Positions 14,918 to 29,784 are shown, numbered from the stretch's first letter. The stretch is DNA of 64,000 bases from Haliotis rufescens (GCF_023055435.1 NW_025963815.1:558001-622000), one strand, 5' to 3'. Translations and numbers: made by a program. The notes: generated from the sequence alone by a model not told the origin.

Positions 14918-17900
14918 ATCTGTTGAAGATAAGTTGACGGTACACATGTTTTGCAAATCCTGCAGTCGACCGAATTTACGAACCGGATGTCGACTTCGTT
15001 ACGCGATTTTGATTGGCCAAGGGTTGAAACTGGACTTTTATAGTTCGTGGTTCGGGGTTCGTGGTTCGTGGTTCGTGGTTCGGGGTTCTATTTCCGAAAT
15101 GTACAATGCGTCAAGCGGATTCTCACTCACTCACTCACTCACTCACTCACTCACTCACTCTACCGTATCCCTCCCTCCCTCGTTCGCTCGCTCGCCCGTC
15201 CGTCCGCCCATTCAATCACTCACTCACTTACCCACCCACCCGCTCACTCACTGTTATATGTCGACCGTGCCGTCAGTCGACATGCAGATCAATACCATTC
15301 ATGGCATGACTATGTTCATGACACGTGTACAAAACAACATGTCCTCTTCCATACCAGAGGTAACAAGCATCGCCGACACCCAGATCTCAATCACATATCT
15401 CACACGAATCCTATTACTGAGATATAACACGTCTGAAACAGGACATAATAAGTCGACAGCTAATACCCCCCGGTGTATTCCCCACTAACTCCGCACATCT
15501 CCTGTATAGTCGGTGTAAAAACACGTATATTATCTGGCCCTCCTCCAAGCACATGCCGATGCCTGCTATCTTCTGCGAACCCTGCTTCAACACTGTACGG
15601 AGCTTGCCTTGGGTGGGAGATTATCATGGCGTTATTGAAACAGACCGCATATCTAAACACACGGTGCCGATCGTTAAGTGCTAAATGTATTTTCCCATAA
15701 TTACTGCTTATTAATACAGGAACTGGGCCTGAGATGTTTTCTTTGGATTCGGGTTAAGCATATGACAAGATTCTGCACTCGGTGTAAAAATAACTGTATG
15801 CATCGTCTAGGTGTGGGGAATTTTACAAGGTCAGGGTTATATACTGGGGGAAATTATCAATGCATAAATGGCGAGTTGGTTAATCATTGTTCAAGCGGTT
15901 GTTATAACGTGGATAACCACCACATCGTTGGTGTAGCTGTTGTATATGGCTGCATATACTGATGACTGGCGTAAAAGAACATTCACTCACTCACTCGTTC
16001 TCTTCACACAGACGCGTACATTAATAACAAGAGGTAACCAACAATCATATAGTGAGTGAGAGAGTATGGTTTTAGTAATATTCCGCAATGTCATGGCGGG
16101 GTCATCGGGATCCACTTGCACAATTGCTCATGATGTCAACCACTGGATTCTCTGGTTCCTACTAGATTATTTACAGACCGCCATCACATAGCTTGACCCA
16201 GTCATGTCCCCTGAAGCAGCTGAGACATCATCATGACAAATAACACGACAACATTGAAGCTTCTGCTTTTTGTGTAACTAGGAATTTACAGAGCTTCAGA
16301 TGAGCTGTGTATCTGACTAAAATACGCAAAAAATATATTATTACACATTTGTATACCGCAGGTATCCAGGAAGGTATCGACTCTGATGCGGTACTATTTT
16401 CCCCCGACCAGCGGATCCGTTTGCATTCCAGTTATCGTTTGTTTGTTTGTTAACGCCGCACTCAGCAATAATCCAGTTATATGACGGCGGTCTGTTAACA
16501 ATCGAGGCTGGACCACACAATCCATTGATTGATATCATGAGCATCGATCCACGCAATTAGGATACGATGACATGCATCAAGTCAGCGAGCCTCACCACCC
16601 GATCCCGTTAGTCGCCTCTTACGACAAGCACAGTCGCATTTTACGGCAAGCATAGTTTGCTGAAGTGCTGAAGACCTATTCTACCCCGAATCTTCATAGG
16701 TCTTATGTCCAGTTATCATTCTCATTCCCTGGGGGGCATAAAACCCATGCTGATGCAGTGCGTCATAAAAACCATCTTCCGGAGGTAAGGGATGAACTGA
16801 CGAACTTGCCGAACTAGGTTTCTGGGTTCGGTCGTAGCGCCACCCGTGGTTTTTACAAGTTATGTCCCTTCTCTGTCCCTCCTATTGACCAATCAGATTT
16901 AACCTCTCATATCACTTGCATTTGCAATGGCGGCGCCCAGTCAAGACTACCTGTTCAAGATCTGTATTGTAACAAAACGGGTGTCACTTACCGAAGTAAA
17001 TTTACATCATGTGAGCACCTTGATTACAAGCATTTAAAGATTTGGAAAATATCTGTTGACGCTAATTTGACGGTACACATGCTTGACAAATCCTGCAATC
17101 GCCCGAAATCTGCACTCGACTTTACGAACCGGATGTTGATTCATTACGTGAATTTGATTGGACTATGCATAGACTCGTTAATCCAGCCAAAATTTAACTC
17201 CATAATGCCAGTTCTGTTCGGCAAGGGTGTAAACAGGACTTTTATAGTCAGTCAACTCCCTTTCCTCGGGAAGAGGAGACGTCGTTCACGGTGACAAAGT
17301 AGCCAGACAACTCAATAGGTCTTCGCAAAACAGAATAAACTCCCAGTGGCCGCAGTCGACGCTTTTTAAAATAAGATAAATAGTCCCTTGAACAAGAAAA
17401 CCTTATGTTTCTCTTAAGTCAAGTTAGAATGCAATCTGCAGAGATTTGAGTGTCACGTTAGCATGATATGAGCATCTTAATATATCACATAGATAATGCT
17501 GCGCATTATTAAACTTATATCATGTCTGTGTCAGATACATGTGTCAAACCAGCACAATTTTGTCGAAACAGACTTTAGATGATGGCACGCTCCCATCCCA
17601 CGCAAGCGCGGCTGAGACAAGTGAACTAGCAAAACATGGTTTCAAACACTCACACACAAAAAATAAGATGAATTTCACTGGGTTATGCTTCGTTATCTTT
17701 AACTATGCTCATTAAGATTTCACATTCGCATGATATAGGTTCTCTTATCTGTGTTAATGAATGTTTGCAATCTTGAAGATCCTACTCAAGGAATCTGAAG
17801 CATTCACACGTGCCCTATTTAATGAAGAGACTTTGGTGCTTGGCAATGCATGTTTTACACACTTTGGTTTATGAATGAGAATAATTTAGATGAAGACGTA

Positions 17901-18097
17901 CATTAGCTTAGTCCGGATAAGTGGTTGATAGTAAAAGTGTTTTAGAGCCTGTGGTGGCTCAAACAACGCTTGTATTTGTCCACTGTATCCTAGAGAGTCG
18001 AACCTGCGATTTCGGGGTGGCCGAACGGTGGCTTTTCTCCCGCCAGAATATAAAACAGTCGATCTCTCACAGATATATATGTAAGTATGTGAGTGAG

Positions 18098-18447
18098 GTG
18101 AGGTGATATTGGGTTTAACGTCGCGTCCAAGATTATTGCACTTATATAGTGACGTGCATGTACGTGTGTGTGTTTGTGTGGCTGCTTGTAGTAGTCCGGA
18201 CTGATGCCGATTTATAGTGCTAGCTCACTGAGATACCATGCCACAGTTTAACATGAATACCCCACTCAGACACAGTATACTGACTCCGAGCCGACCAGTC
18301 CTTGTTTTAGCCCCTTAATGCCGAGCGCCAGACAGGGTAACAACAAGTACCATCTTTTAACGTCTTTTGGTATGACGCGGCAGGGGATCGAACCCCGGAC
18401 CTTCCGCTTTTCGGGCGGACGCTCTACCACTAGACCATGGAGGCGGT
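18098..18447 (-). mobile_element. tRNA-headed SINE family B, full length (resembles Meta/V-domain molluscan SINEs; family name unverified)
   Basis: A/B boxes TGGTCTAGTGG and GGTTCGATCCC, (CCTCA)n tail, TSD AGTATGTGAGTGAG. Confidence 0.88.
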
Positions 18448-19420
18448 GAGTATGTGAGTGAGTTATATTTGATAATTAATATCACAGGAATTAAAGAACG
18501 CAAGTCACTTTAGTGAACCTACGAAGACGGGAATGAGGCTGTCAAAACAAGAATTATAGTATAGTCGGAGCAAACATGGAGTAAATACGATAGGCAGATC
18601 CTAAAACCAGGAAGGGGCGCAACTCTGACCTCGACCTCGGAGTGAACTATGCGACGTGGCAGCCTGTGCCCTCTTCGGATACAACAGTGTGTGACGTCAT
18701 TACGAGTGGTCAGGGTGAGATGTCACCCCAGGGCAGCCAGCCTAAACTTGTCCGTGGCGCTGTCTCCATTCCTCGCTGTATTATTGCACCGAACCACTTT
18801 TTCTGTGGATACCTTATAAACTTAGGGGCAGAAGAAAGTATATCGTGTTCGTTTTTTTATGTATTTTTGTTTTTTGTTTCTTTGTTGCTATACGCCGCAC
18901 TTGTTTTTGTTTTTTTTATGTAATTTAAAATTGTTGTTAAATTTGATAATGTCTATGCTACCATCGGTCATTCCTGCAACAAATTGTAAAGAGTGATCTG
19001 TGGCTGAGTAGTTAAGTCTAAAAATAAACTGGTTCAATGAAGTCTGGGGCAAGAAATGAATTTGCTATCACAAGACTGCTATCATGTTTGAAATATTGTA
19101 AATTTGTGCCCAGAAAAGCAAATTTATTGTTTTTCAATGATAAAACGTCTAAGATACCCATCAGCAGTTGTGTATGATGCAATTGAAAAAAATCTTTATA
19201 TTGTTTTAAAATTCAAATCAAAATATATTTTTGAAAATAAATCCAAGTATTCTTTGAGACCTGACATTTCATTATCATGTATTGCTAACTTGAAAATCAA
19301 ACATGATAAAAAATAAGGTATAGTTTCTTTTACTCCTCAGTATATTTTGCTTTTAAGAGTGTGGACATTGTCTTGAACAACATACTCTTCATATAAAAGT
19401 TTGATCCTTATTAACACATA

Positions 19421-20349
19421 CACGCTTCAAAAAAAAGAAACGTACGGGTAGATTTTTGGTAGATTTATTGTATCTAATAAAGTCGATTTATTCAATTTAA
19501 TATCATAGATACAAATATTATATTTTGGAACTCGATAGTCACATGTCGTTGTACAAAAGCATTGAAAACTGTTCATTGTCATGTCACATAAGGCCACAAG
19601 GTTGCGCTGAGCTCATTATCTCGTCGTGTGACCGCCCCGGGCAGCAATCACGTTTTTGCATCTCCTCGGCACTGACTAGATAAGTGTACGAATTATGTCC
19701 TGCGGAATTCTGCGCCCTTCTGCTTGTAACGCGTTGGCCAATTTTGGGAGTGTCTGTGGCGTGTTCTGACGTTGACGTACACGTCGATCGAGTTCATCCC
19801 CGAGGTGTTCGATTGGGTTGAGATCTGGAGATCTCGATGGCCAGAGCAAGCCGTTGATGATGGCATTATGAAGGTAGTCTACCGTGACACGAACTGTGTG
19901 CGGTGGAACGTTGTCCTGTTGAAACAGCTCTCTCTGGCGGTCAATGATTGGAAGACGGTGAGGTTGAAGAATTTGATTCATGTAGCGATTTGCTGTCAAA
20001 GTTCCCTGAACCTCAACCAAGTCAAATCTCCTGGTGAAGGATATGGCCCCCCACACCCTGACACGAATTGTCGAAATCGCACATTTCGACGACGATAAAA
20101 ACGTTGTCTTCCATCTCGCCAGTGAAGAAAAATCGTGATTCACCGCTGAACCACACTCGTCTCCAGTTTCTCAAGGCTGTAAGGTATGGCACCAACGCAA
20201 GTCGACAATGGCTGCTTTTTGACGCATCGTTTGTCGAATATCAGGCCACCAACATTTTCCAATAACATATATCCAATTAATATGCCTGGTTTTTTGTGTA
20301 GTCAGGTTCAATGAACTACATACTACCTGTGCGTTTCTTTTTTAAGAGC
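19421..20349 (-). mobile_element. Internally deleted Tc1/mariner transposon with degraded transposase
   Basis: ORF 19676-20143 has WGAIS, FQQDNxPPHT and WPSRSPDLNPIEH motifs. Imperfect TIRs AAAAAAGAAACGTACGGGTAG / CTACCTGTGCGTTTCTTTTTT. Confidence 0.88.
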
Positions 20350-21639
20350 CTAGTGGTTAAAGCGTTCGCTCGTCACGCCGAAGACCCGGTTTCGATTCCC
20401 GACATGGGTACACTGTGGAAAGCCCATTTCTGGTGATATTGCTGGAATATTGCTTAAAGCGGCGTAAAACCATACTCACTCACTCACTTTTTGAAGATTG
20501 TATGTTATCATTCACCCTGGGTATTGATGGTCTTTCTCTGGGTAATAATATATTTATATTCCCTTTGGTAAGTCTATTGGGTATTTTTAAAACAAGGAGC
20601 AGTGCTTAAAATGCAACCGCCAGTGTCCCATATCACAGTAGCGAAATGCATGTCTGCGTTACAAGAGGGGCAGTTATCCACAGTTAGTTTATAGGTTATG
20701 CAGAGGGTAAAGAAATACAGATACCAATCTCATTAAAATCAGAACATAGATCTGACTTTAATGAGATTCTACAGATACGCACGCTGGAATAGCTTCATTG
20801 GGTAATTACGCACAGTGTTATTAACTGTTGTTTTTGTAAAGTTTTACGCGTATTTGTACACAAGCACCCTATAATTAATTGGATAATGGTGATTTATATA
20901 TTTTAAACAAATACTCGGTTTTTCTGGGCCTCTGATGATCCTAGTTACCCGTACACAAAGCAAAAGCTTACATTTTGTCACCTGTTATCATGCTATTTGT
21001 CATGATTTCTGGGTACAATCATTTTGTTTGTTGTTTAACGCCACACTCAGCAATATTCCAGGTATATGATGGCAGTCTATATATAATCGAACCTTGACCA
21101 GACAATCCAGTGATTGACATCATGAGCATCGATCTACGCAACTGGGATACGATGACATGCATCAACCAAGTCAGCGAGCCTGACGACCCGATCCCGTTGG
21201 GAGCTGAAGGCCAAATTCTAGCCCGGATCTTCACGGGGATATCACAGTGACTATGGTGGAACACGGGTACAATCATTGATAAGTGAGTGTCCGATATACA
21301 ACTTCAACTCAGCAATGTAGGGGTGGGGTGGGGGACTTGGGGCTTGTGTTGGGGGGGGGGGGGGGGGGGGGGGGTTGCAGCCATACCACGGTGATTACGC
21401 TGGTCATTTGGTGAAAGCCATGAACACAAACCAGTGGACAGACCAACAGACCAAGGTTCTGGTAGGCTGACTCTGGGACTCGATCCAGTAACCCCGCCCT
21501 ACTGGGTCCCGTCCCACAAAGCTTTCTAGCGCTGAGACGATCGTAAGCTGATAAGTTTCCAGCTGATAAACGAGATAAGTAGCATGTGGATCTGTATCTG
21601 CACGTGACAAGAAATTATTAATATATGATATATTCCCGG

Positions 21640-21852
21640 GTGCCGATATACAAAACAACCTAAGCGCAACGACTGTCGTAAGTCTATGGTATGGGATTTA
21701 CGATCACCTTAGCGCTAAGATCGCTTTGTACAACGGCACACTGGATCCACTTGCATAAAGTCATCTTAACGTTACGACAATCGTCAGTCCCACACTTTAA
21801 CACAGATTTACGATAGTCGTAGCACTACGATCGCCTTGTGCAAGCGGGACCC
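21640..21852. mobile_element. Two adjacent ~100-bp MITE-like palindromic elements
   Basis: GTGCCG...CGGCAC (21640-21739) and GGATCCACTTGCATAA...TTGTGCAAGCGGGACC (21743-21852); related end at 21504. Confidence 0.55.
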
Positions 21853-22999
21853 GTGGTCCCCGCCTGGACAATGCGGGAATATTGCTAAACGCGGCGTAAA
21901 ACCATACTCACTCACTGACTGTATGATTCTTATTGCGTATCACTAGTGGAGGATACGCGTCTGTGTGAAGAGCAACGGGTGAGGGAATATTCTTTTACGC
22001 CGCAGTTAGCAATATCAAGCTGGATCACAACCTGTAAATATTCTTGTCAGGATCAGGCAAACCTGTGAGTGAACCTGACCAGTTCCCCATTGCGGTATAC
22101 AGCGGTACCACTTGACTTGCAGACTGATGTCCTTCAGCTAAAGGACGGTAGGGTAGCCTAGTTCTCTCGACACCCCCAAGACCCGGTTTTGATTCCCTAC
22201 AAGGGTACAATGTGGGATGCCCATTTCTGGAAAACTACTGAAAGCGTCGTAAAACAATATCTTCCCACAAAGCTAAGCTGAAACAAATCCTAGCGTGTCT
22301 GCAGAAACAATATTATCTACTTGAATAATCAAATCTTCACACAATGCTGTACAATGCTTTTTTCCAGTTCCACAGAACGTTGCGCAGATCTCAACGAAAG
22401 TTATTCGGTCATGTTACAATTATGCGGCTTCCAAAAAGCCATGATGAATATGTGTGCCACTACTGTCGCCAGGAGATAGCAAGTGCAACTTCTTTAGCAT
22501 GCGGTACCATCACAGCAATTACAGGGATACAAGGAGAGCGTGGAGACAACACATGTAACATCTACCGTTTTGAACATTCGCCATACACTCACACACTGCG
22601 CATTGCAACAACACGTCTTTCAAAACCAAACAGACGAAAATGTGTAATAAATATACACGTTTCTGAGGAATTTAATGCACTGAAACTTTACTGCATTAAC
22701 TTACCACCCCCCTTCCCTACTCCAGAATAGCTCCACCCCCGACATAACGTCATGTATCTAGAACCTTCATCCTCTGTCACCACCAACCGTTGCTTAAGTT
22801 ACGCATCTACTTCATTATAACGCTCAACTTAATCTCTCCGCGCCATACTGACCATATTATCATACGTCTCCCCTCTCCCCCGCGCGACGTCCCCCCTGCC
22901 CCCACAGTGACCAGGCTACCCCCCATCCTTGGGATGCAGCACCGTCTCAGGTATCAGGGCACATGGCAGCCCCCTAGTATGGCAACGTTCAGAGGCTGG

Positions 23000-23102
23000 T
23001 ATAAATATAGCAGCGTCGCCCGTCCTCGAGTAGAACGTTCAGTTACTCTCAGCCCTTCAACGCCTCGGGACTTCTCCGCAACTTGCTCAACAAATAACCA
23101 TG
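23000..23102 (+). promoter_or_regulatory. Putative TATA box and ATG-only exon 1 of ELC copy 1
   Basis: TATAAATA at 23000-23007, accATG|GTATGT at 23100-23102, CACATGGC E-box at ~22960. Same layout and ~90-100 bp TATA-to-ATG spacing as copies 2-5. Implies intron 23103-29855. Confidence 0.72.
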
Positions 23103-23836
23103 GTATGTACCACCTACCGTACCTTTCCTGTGTTGAATTTTAAACACCTTTTTGCACTTTGTTCTTTAAAAGCTGTTTCAAAATTTAACTTTCATACTTT
23201 CAGTTTTAAACTCCATAATGCATTGAATAGCGTTCACGGTTTTTCTTAAGCTCTCTTTGGATTATCAAGGGCGTTAGAGGTCATTGGTTAAGTCAGCGGT
23301 ACCAGACAAACGATGACTTAGATTGGGCCTCTTTGTCCAAGCCATCACGTCTTATCTAACGAGTGGAATCTTATGCAGATTTATTGTTGCGTAGGTTTGT
23401 ATTTCTGTGTGTCAGAAAATTTTACATTAAACAATTACATGTTTGAGGAGATCGTGTAAATGGTTTTATTCCTTCATCAGCGGAATGTGTATATACGACC
23501 TTATCTTCTATTCTTTTTGGAGTTTAAACGTCTGGTTTTTTATCTCGCTCATCTTCAAGTCACGTGATCGAAAGTGTTTAACCCTAGCCGGCTGGAGGAG
23601 GGAAGATGCGCTGTTTATGCTGACAGAGCTGATAGACGCCTTCAGAGCCCCGGTATCTCTATAGGCAGTTGTTCGGGCTCGTCTCTTTTACGTTCATAAT
23701 TTATTTGCGAGATAGCTTGTCATTGTGGGTTGGGTTACAGGGGCTAGATTCCCTTCTATCAAGATATACTGCTCACAACAAGTCAAGGACCGTCCAATTG
23801 TTACACATTTCTATAGTTCATGCAATGACAAAGTCG

Positions 23837-24200
23837 ATATGAAAGAATTGGTGCCATTATAGATTAACTAAAGTAATATGAAAGAATTGGTGCCATGATA
23901 TATTAACTATAGCAATATGAAAGAATTGGTGCCATGATATATTAACTATAGCAATATGAAAGAATTGGTGCCATGATATATTAACTATAGCAATATGAAA
24001 GAATTGGTGCCATGATAGATTAACTAAAGTAATATGAAAGAATTGGTGCCATGATAGATTAACTATAGTAATATGAAATAATTGGTGCCATGATAGATTA
24101 ACTATAATAATATGAAAGAATTGGTGCCATGATAGATTAACTATAATAATATGAAAGAATTGGTGCCATGATATATTAACTATAGTAATATGAAAGAATC
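23837..24200. repeat. 39-bp minisatellite (AATATGAAAGAATTGGTGCCATGATAGATTAACTATAGT), ~9 units
   Basis: Read directly; lies in the copy 1 intron. Confidence 0.95.
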
Positions 24201-24615
24201 GGTGGTCCTGAACTTCTTTTGAGTGGTATAGATTCAGTCGACTTCCGGTGTTACGAACCTGGTTAACTCAAAACCCCTTTAAACAATCTTCGCGTAAATG
24301 CAATCGTAAGTATGTGAGTGAGTGAGTTTATCGACGCTTTGAATAGCATATCAGCTTGATGTCGGAGGAAAGCCCGAAGTGATGCAGGTCGTAAGTACGA
24401 GCTACCCCTCGACACGTATAGTATTAGCAGCGATAACATCGACAGAGGGACGTTGGTATCTGTACATCAGTATCACTTCGTCTGTATCGAACCCCCGTTA
24501 TGTCGAAACGTCCATGTTGCGCTTCCGTCAGAATCACGCACCAGACAGTGTGAATTTAGTTTCAGGACCCGTTTTACCCCGAAAGAACATCGTTAGAACA
24601 AAACATGTCTTTCAT

Positions 24616-24880
24616 GTTAGTTGTGTTTAACGCAGCTTTCAACAATATCCTTGTTATATCGCGGCGTGTCAGCTTAATGTGGGAGGAAAACCCGAAGTGA
24701 TGCAAGTCTTAGATGTTTACTTTAGTGAAACCCACGAGCAAGGGTATGGTGCTGACAAACCTAGAAACATAATCGGGGTGAGCCGGGATGCGAACCACAA
24801 TCATATGTTTCTGGCGTGCCCAAGGGACGCAACTCTGCAAAGCGAATTGCGGCGCCTTAGACGACTGGGCCGCCCGTGCC
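24616..24880 (-). mobile_element. SINE family D copy
   Basis: Aligns to 581-858; TSD AACATGTCTTTCA. Confidence 0.85.
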
Positions 24881-26004
24881 AACATGTCTTTCAAGTATTG
24901 ATACACTATCTTACACACTTACACGAAGCATGACTCGACTGCTCAACAAAAGTCGGAGAGGCAAGTTTCCTTATCGCCTTTTTAAGACAGCCAAGTAATG
25001 ATTTTTCCATCCTCAAAAATGTGCTATATTTAGCTGAACGCTGCCTGTTCGATGTATCATAAACCAAAACATACGTGTTTGTGGGCTCGGGTTAGTTGCG
25101 GACTGACGAGCTTTGCCATCGTGCGTTCTCCACTTTGTAAGATTAACCATCAAGGTCAAACTGAAAGGAATACTAGAACAACTATGTACGAATCTATACT
25201 AACATACTTGATGCTTGTGTTCAGACAAGACACACCGTAGCTCACCTCATAGAAGTGTCTAAGGCAATAATTATTAGTTTAAATCATAATTTCTAGATTA
25301 TGTAACTAATAAGACAAGACACACCGTAGCTCACCTCATAGAAGTGTCTAAGGCAATAATTATTAGTTTAAATCATAATTTCTAGATTATGTAAATAATA
25401 AGAACAAATTGTCCCAATATAAGAAACTGGAGTCCCTGCTTGGGAGGAGGATAGACTTACTACACATCCATAGACTTTCTTTCAGTAAAGCCGTGGAACA
25501 AGGCTACTTTGAAGCCGCCACATCCATGTCATTTCACCTTAATTCACCTTACATAATTCCCATTAGTTATAAACGCTTTCCCAGAACGATAACATAAAAC
25601 CAACCCGCGAGTCTGCGATTTGGTTAATTACAAAAGGTGCATTAAGTAGAGGCCTAAAAGTAAGGTGTTAGGTTGCCATGGCGCACTGTTTCTTCTAATG
25701 CGTCAGGAGCAGACAACGTTCAACAAAGAACGTATGTATTCCTACGCGTTGGCACTACTTGCCTGCCTGGCAGTTGTGACTGGTTGTAATGGAGGGACCA
25801 GTATCGAGTTACCGCGTCGCTCATTCCACTTCCAAACATGTGCTGCTGCGCCGGTAATCAGCAGCATACACAAGTCACACTAACACATTAGCTTATTACC
25901 GGCTATAGTTGGTTTCTGAAATCCATCGCTAGCTATATATCGCCTGAAAGTACTCACCTGGCGGCCATGTTGCAGCACTCGAACACCAGAAAGAGGTTAA
26001 CGGT

Positions 26005-26198
26005 AGACTTGCACAAATCTCTAGGGCATATTAATTAGAAGCTAAATCATAATTTCTAGATTATATAAATAATAAGAACAAGTTGTCCCTATAAGAGACT
26101 GGGTGTATTGTCCACATATCTAGACTTGCCTATTAGAGGATAGAATTACAACACATCCATGGACTTCTCTATCAGTACAACCTTGGAGCAAGGCTAGG
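26005..26198 (+). repeat. ~190-bp dispersed element E. Other copies at 25250-25506(+), 34264-34460(+), 36024-36100(+, partial), 42389-42561(-)
   Basis: Starts (TA)GACTTGCACAA(G/A)TC, core AAATCATAATTTCTAGATTAT, ends in hairpin CCTTG-GAG-CAAGG followed by CTAG. Confidence 0.8.
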
Positions 26199-26451
26199 TT
26201 AAGGGATACTTGTTGAATAAATAAGTGGGTGTTTCCTTTCTGGCAGGTATTTTTTTAAGTATTTAACGTCTCAGCGTAATTTGTTTTTACAGATGGTTCA
26301 GTGTGGTCTAGTTCGAATACTATATATGTTTTCTTCACTGATTGATAAACATTTAGCAGCTTATGTGAACTCTACTGTGTTTTTATTGGGAAACGTAAAA
26401 CAACGTTAACTACAACCTGAGACAGGTACTCTTCTCACTGTGTTTATTTAA

Positions 26452-26735
26452 GTGGGTGAGTGAGTGAGTTGGGTTTAACGCCGCATCAACATTATTCCAG
26501 TTATATCACGGCGTGTCAGCTTAATGTGGGAGGAAAGCCCGAAGTGATGCAGGTCTTAGACGTTTACCACTTCGGTGAAACCCACGAGCACGGGTATGGT
26601 GCTGACAAACCTAGAAACATAATCGGGGCGAACCGGGATTCGAACCCACAATCATAGGTTTCTGGCGTGCCAAGGGGACGCAACTCTGCAAAGCGAATCG
26701 CAGCGCCTTAGACGACTGAGCCACCCGTGCCCCCT
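26452..26735 (-). mobile_element. SINE family D copy
   Basis: Aligns to 581-858; near-TSD TGTTTA(T/C)TTAAG. Confidence 0.87.
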
Positions 26736-27288
26736 TGTTTACTTAAGAGGGTGATTTGGTGTGACAGCATATAGGATTTGTTTTGGTTTTGGTTTTGGTT
26801 TTGGTTTTGTTTAACGTCGCACTCAGTTGGGAGTCACGCACCACAGTTGGGAGCACATCCTGGGGGGGATCGTTTCCTGAGGGTAACGCGCATCGTTAGG
26901 GTGAGCGTGTCCCGATTAACGCTGGTCGTGATTGTTAGCATGATGTACATACAGGTAGTTTCTATCACGAGATAACGTAGTCATCGTCATCATCAACATT
27001 TTACCCTTTTCGGCGTTATTCGTGCTGTAAACATTTCATTACAACACAACATTCATACACCCACGGGGAATGAAACTAGGCATGATCGCTAGGGTGGCCG
27101 AGTGGTTAGCGCCCTTCTGTCATACCACGATCCGATAGTCGTGGGTGCGACGCCGTGAGGTAACTAAAACACTGTGTACAGCGGCGTTAAACCAAACACG
27201 CTCCACAAAGAGACCCAAAGGCGTGACATTGGTGTAATACGTGAAATTCTGCGTTTGAAGTGGGCTTAAGCAACCCATGATTGTCGTA

Positions 27289-27624
27289 GACCGCCTCCGT
27301 GGTCTAGTTGTAGAGCGTCCGCCCGGAGAGCGGAAGGTCCGGGGTTTGATTCCCGGCCGCGTCATACCAAAAGACGATAAAAGATGGTACTTGTTGTTAC
27401 CCTGTCTGGCGCTCGGCATTAAGGGGCTAAAACAAGGAGTCTCGGAGTCAGTATACTGTGTCTGAGTGGGGTATTCATGTTAAACTGCGGCATGGTATCT
27501 CAGTGAGCTAGCACTATAAATCGGCATCAGTCCGGACTACTACAAGCAGCCAAACACACACACAGATGCATGCACGTCGCTATATAATCTTGGACGCGAC
27601 GTTAAACCCAATTTCACCTCACCT
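27289..27624 (+). mobile_element. SINE family B nested inside a family A copy
   Basis: 13-bp TSD CATGATTGTCGTA at 27276-27288 and 27625-27637. Confidence 0.9.
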
Positions 27625-28878
27625 CATGATTGTCGTAAGAGACGACTAACGGGATCGGGTGGTCAGGGTCGCGTGGTTGATGCATGTCATCGTATCCTAA
27701 TTTCGAAGATCGATGTTCATGATGTCAATCTCTGGATTGTCTGGCCAGGACTCGTTTATTTACAAACCGCTGTCATGGCATCTAAACTCCCCAGCACGTT
27801 GATGTAAGCCTGCTGTGCATGTGAATGTTCAATGCGACGTGAAAGGAAGTCCATGCGCGTTTAGAATTCTCGTGGTAAACGTATCTAACATCAACCCATG
27901 TACAGGTATCGTGTTTGTCTCCTCGAGGGGGGTTCAATTTCCCCGGCACGCGAGGTATCCCCAGAACCGTAGATGGCACCTGGTTCTAATTACAGCCGCC
28001 ATCCCCGGACACAGTAACTAGCGCTCGGTGGGTACGGCTGCAGCAGCGACTAAACGCCATGACTAAGGCAAACAGCAGCACCGCCTGTCGTGCGTGGGTT
28101 CACTGGCAGAACAGACTTCACTTTCCCAGAGCTTGCTTTTTACCAACTTCGCCCTTTAGTAGCTCGTTTGATTACAAGAAAGTGCTACCATGGCAACGAA
28201 GTTGTCGGAGGTTAGAATGATACTATGGTTGAGAGTTTGGGAATGATAAAACACTTGCTCTCATATAGTCATAAGGCAGTGGTAAAATAGCTTCTGTAAG
28301 CAGTTCACTTTGCTGAGCTAAGCTGTTTTAGCATTAATCACACATATCACTGAGCATTATACGAAACAGTTTTGGGGAAACGTGATAGTTGTCTCCTATA
28401 TTTTAAATACAGATATATAGGAAGTTGCACACACAATATCGATTATTAACTTTAAACCTCAAATCACATACAATATCGAGGTTTAACTTAAAACCTCAAA
28501 TAAAATGTTTTCATAGTGATTTTGTCGGCTTTTCTTTGGATTAGAGGGTAATTAACGCCATACTTTGGCTGTTGATCAAAACCAATAGAGCAACTTGTGT
28601 TCGTAGTTGTCTGTTAAAGGGGGATATCTAGTCTGTCATACAGACCCTGACACACACATATCCAATAAATCCCATGCAAGTCTATTATAATTGGCAAGTC
28701 TAGATTACTGCAGTATCAGGAAATCTGAAAATGAAGAAAGTCTCTGGCCTCCTTCTTATCATATATTTTATTACTATAATTTAACAACTGTTTTTTTCTG
28801 TAAAAGATGTTTATTTCAGAGACTAGATGTTAGTCGAGGGAATATCGGCGCATTTGAGTCATGCCAGATAATCGAGGG

Positions 28879-29784
28879 CAGTGTTGGTAGTGTCAACAGT
28901 GTCCGCAGTGTTGGTAGTGTCAACAATGTCAGAAGTGTTGGTAGTGTCAACAGTGTCAGCAGTGTTGGTAGTGTCAACACTGTCCGCAGTGTTGGTAGTG
29001 TCAACAGTGTCAGCAGTGTTGGTAGTGTCAACAGTGTCCGCAGTGTTGGTAGTGTCAACAGTGTCCGCAGTGTTGGTAGTGTCAGCAATGTCCGCAGTGT
29101 TGGTAGTGTCAACAGTGTCCGCAGTGTTGGTAGTGTCAACAGTGTCCGCAGTGTTGGTAGTGTCAACAGTGTCCGCAGTGTTGGTAGTGTCAACAATGTC
29201 CGCAGTGTTGGTAGTGTCAACAGTGTCCGCAGTGTTGGTAGTGTCAACACTGTCCGCAGTGTTGGTAGTGTCAACAATGTCAGAAGTGTTGGTAGTGTCA
29301 ACAATGTCAGAAGTGTTGGTAGTGTCAACAGTGTCCGCAGTGTTGGTAGTGTCAACAGTGTCCGCAGTGTTGGTAGTGTCAACAATGTCCGCAGAGTTGG
29401 TAGTGTCAACAGTGTCAGCAGTGTTGGTAGTGTCCGCAGTGTTGGTAGTGTCAACAGTGTCAGAAGTGTTGGTATTGTCAACAGTGTCAGAAGTGTTGGT
29501 GGTGTCAACAGTGTCCGCAGTGTTGGTAGTGTCAACAGTGTCCGCAGTGTTGGTAGTGTCAACAGTGTCCGCAGTGTTGGTAGTGTCAACAATGTCCGCA
29601 GTGTTGGTAGTGTCCGCAGTGTTGGTAGTGTCAACAGTGTCCGCAGTGTTGGTAGTGTCAGCAATGTCCGCAGTGTTGGAGGGTCAACAGTGTCCGCAGT
29701 GTTGGTAGTGTCAGCAATGTCCGCAGTGTTGGTAGTGTCAACAATGTCCGCAGTGTTGGTAGTGTCAACAATGTCCGCAGTGTT
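28879..29784. repeat. 27-bp minisatellite (CAGTGTTGGTAGTGTCAACAGTGTCCG)n built from 9-bp subunits
   Basis: Read directly; ends ~70 bp before the copy 1 splice acceptor. Confidence 0.96.
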
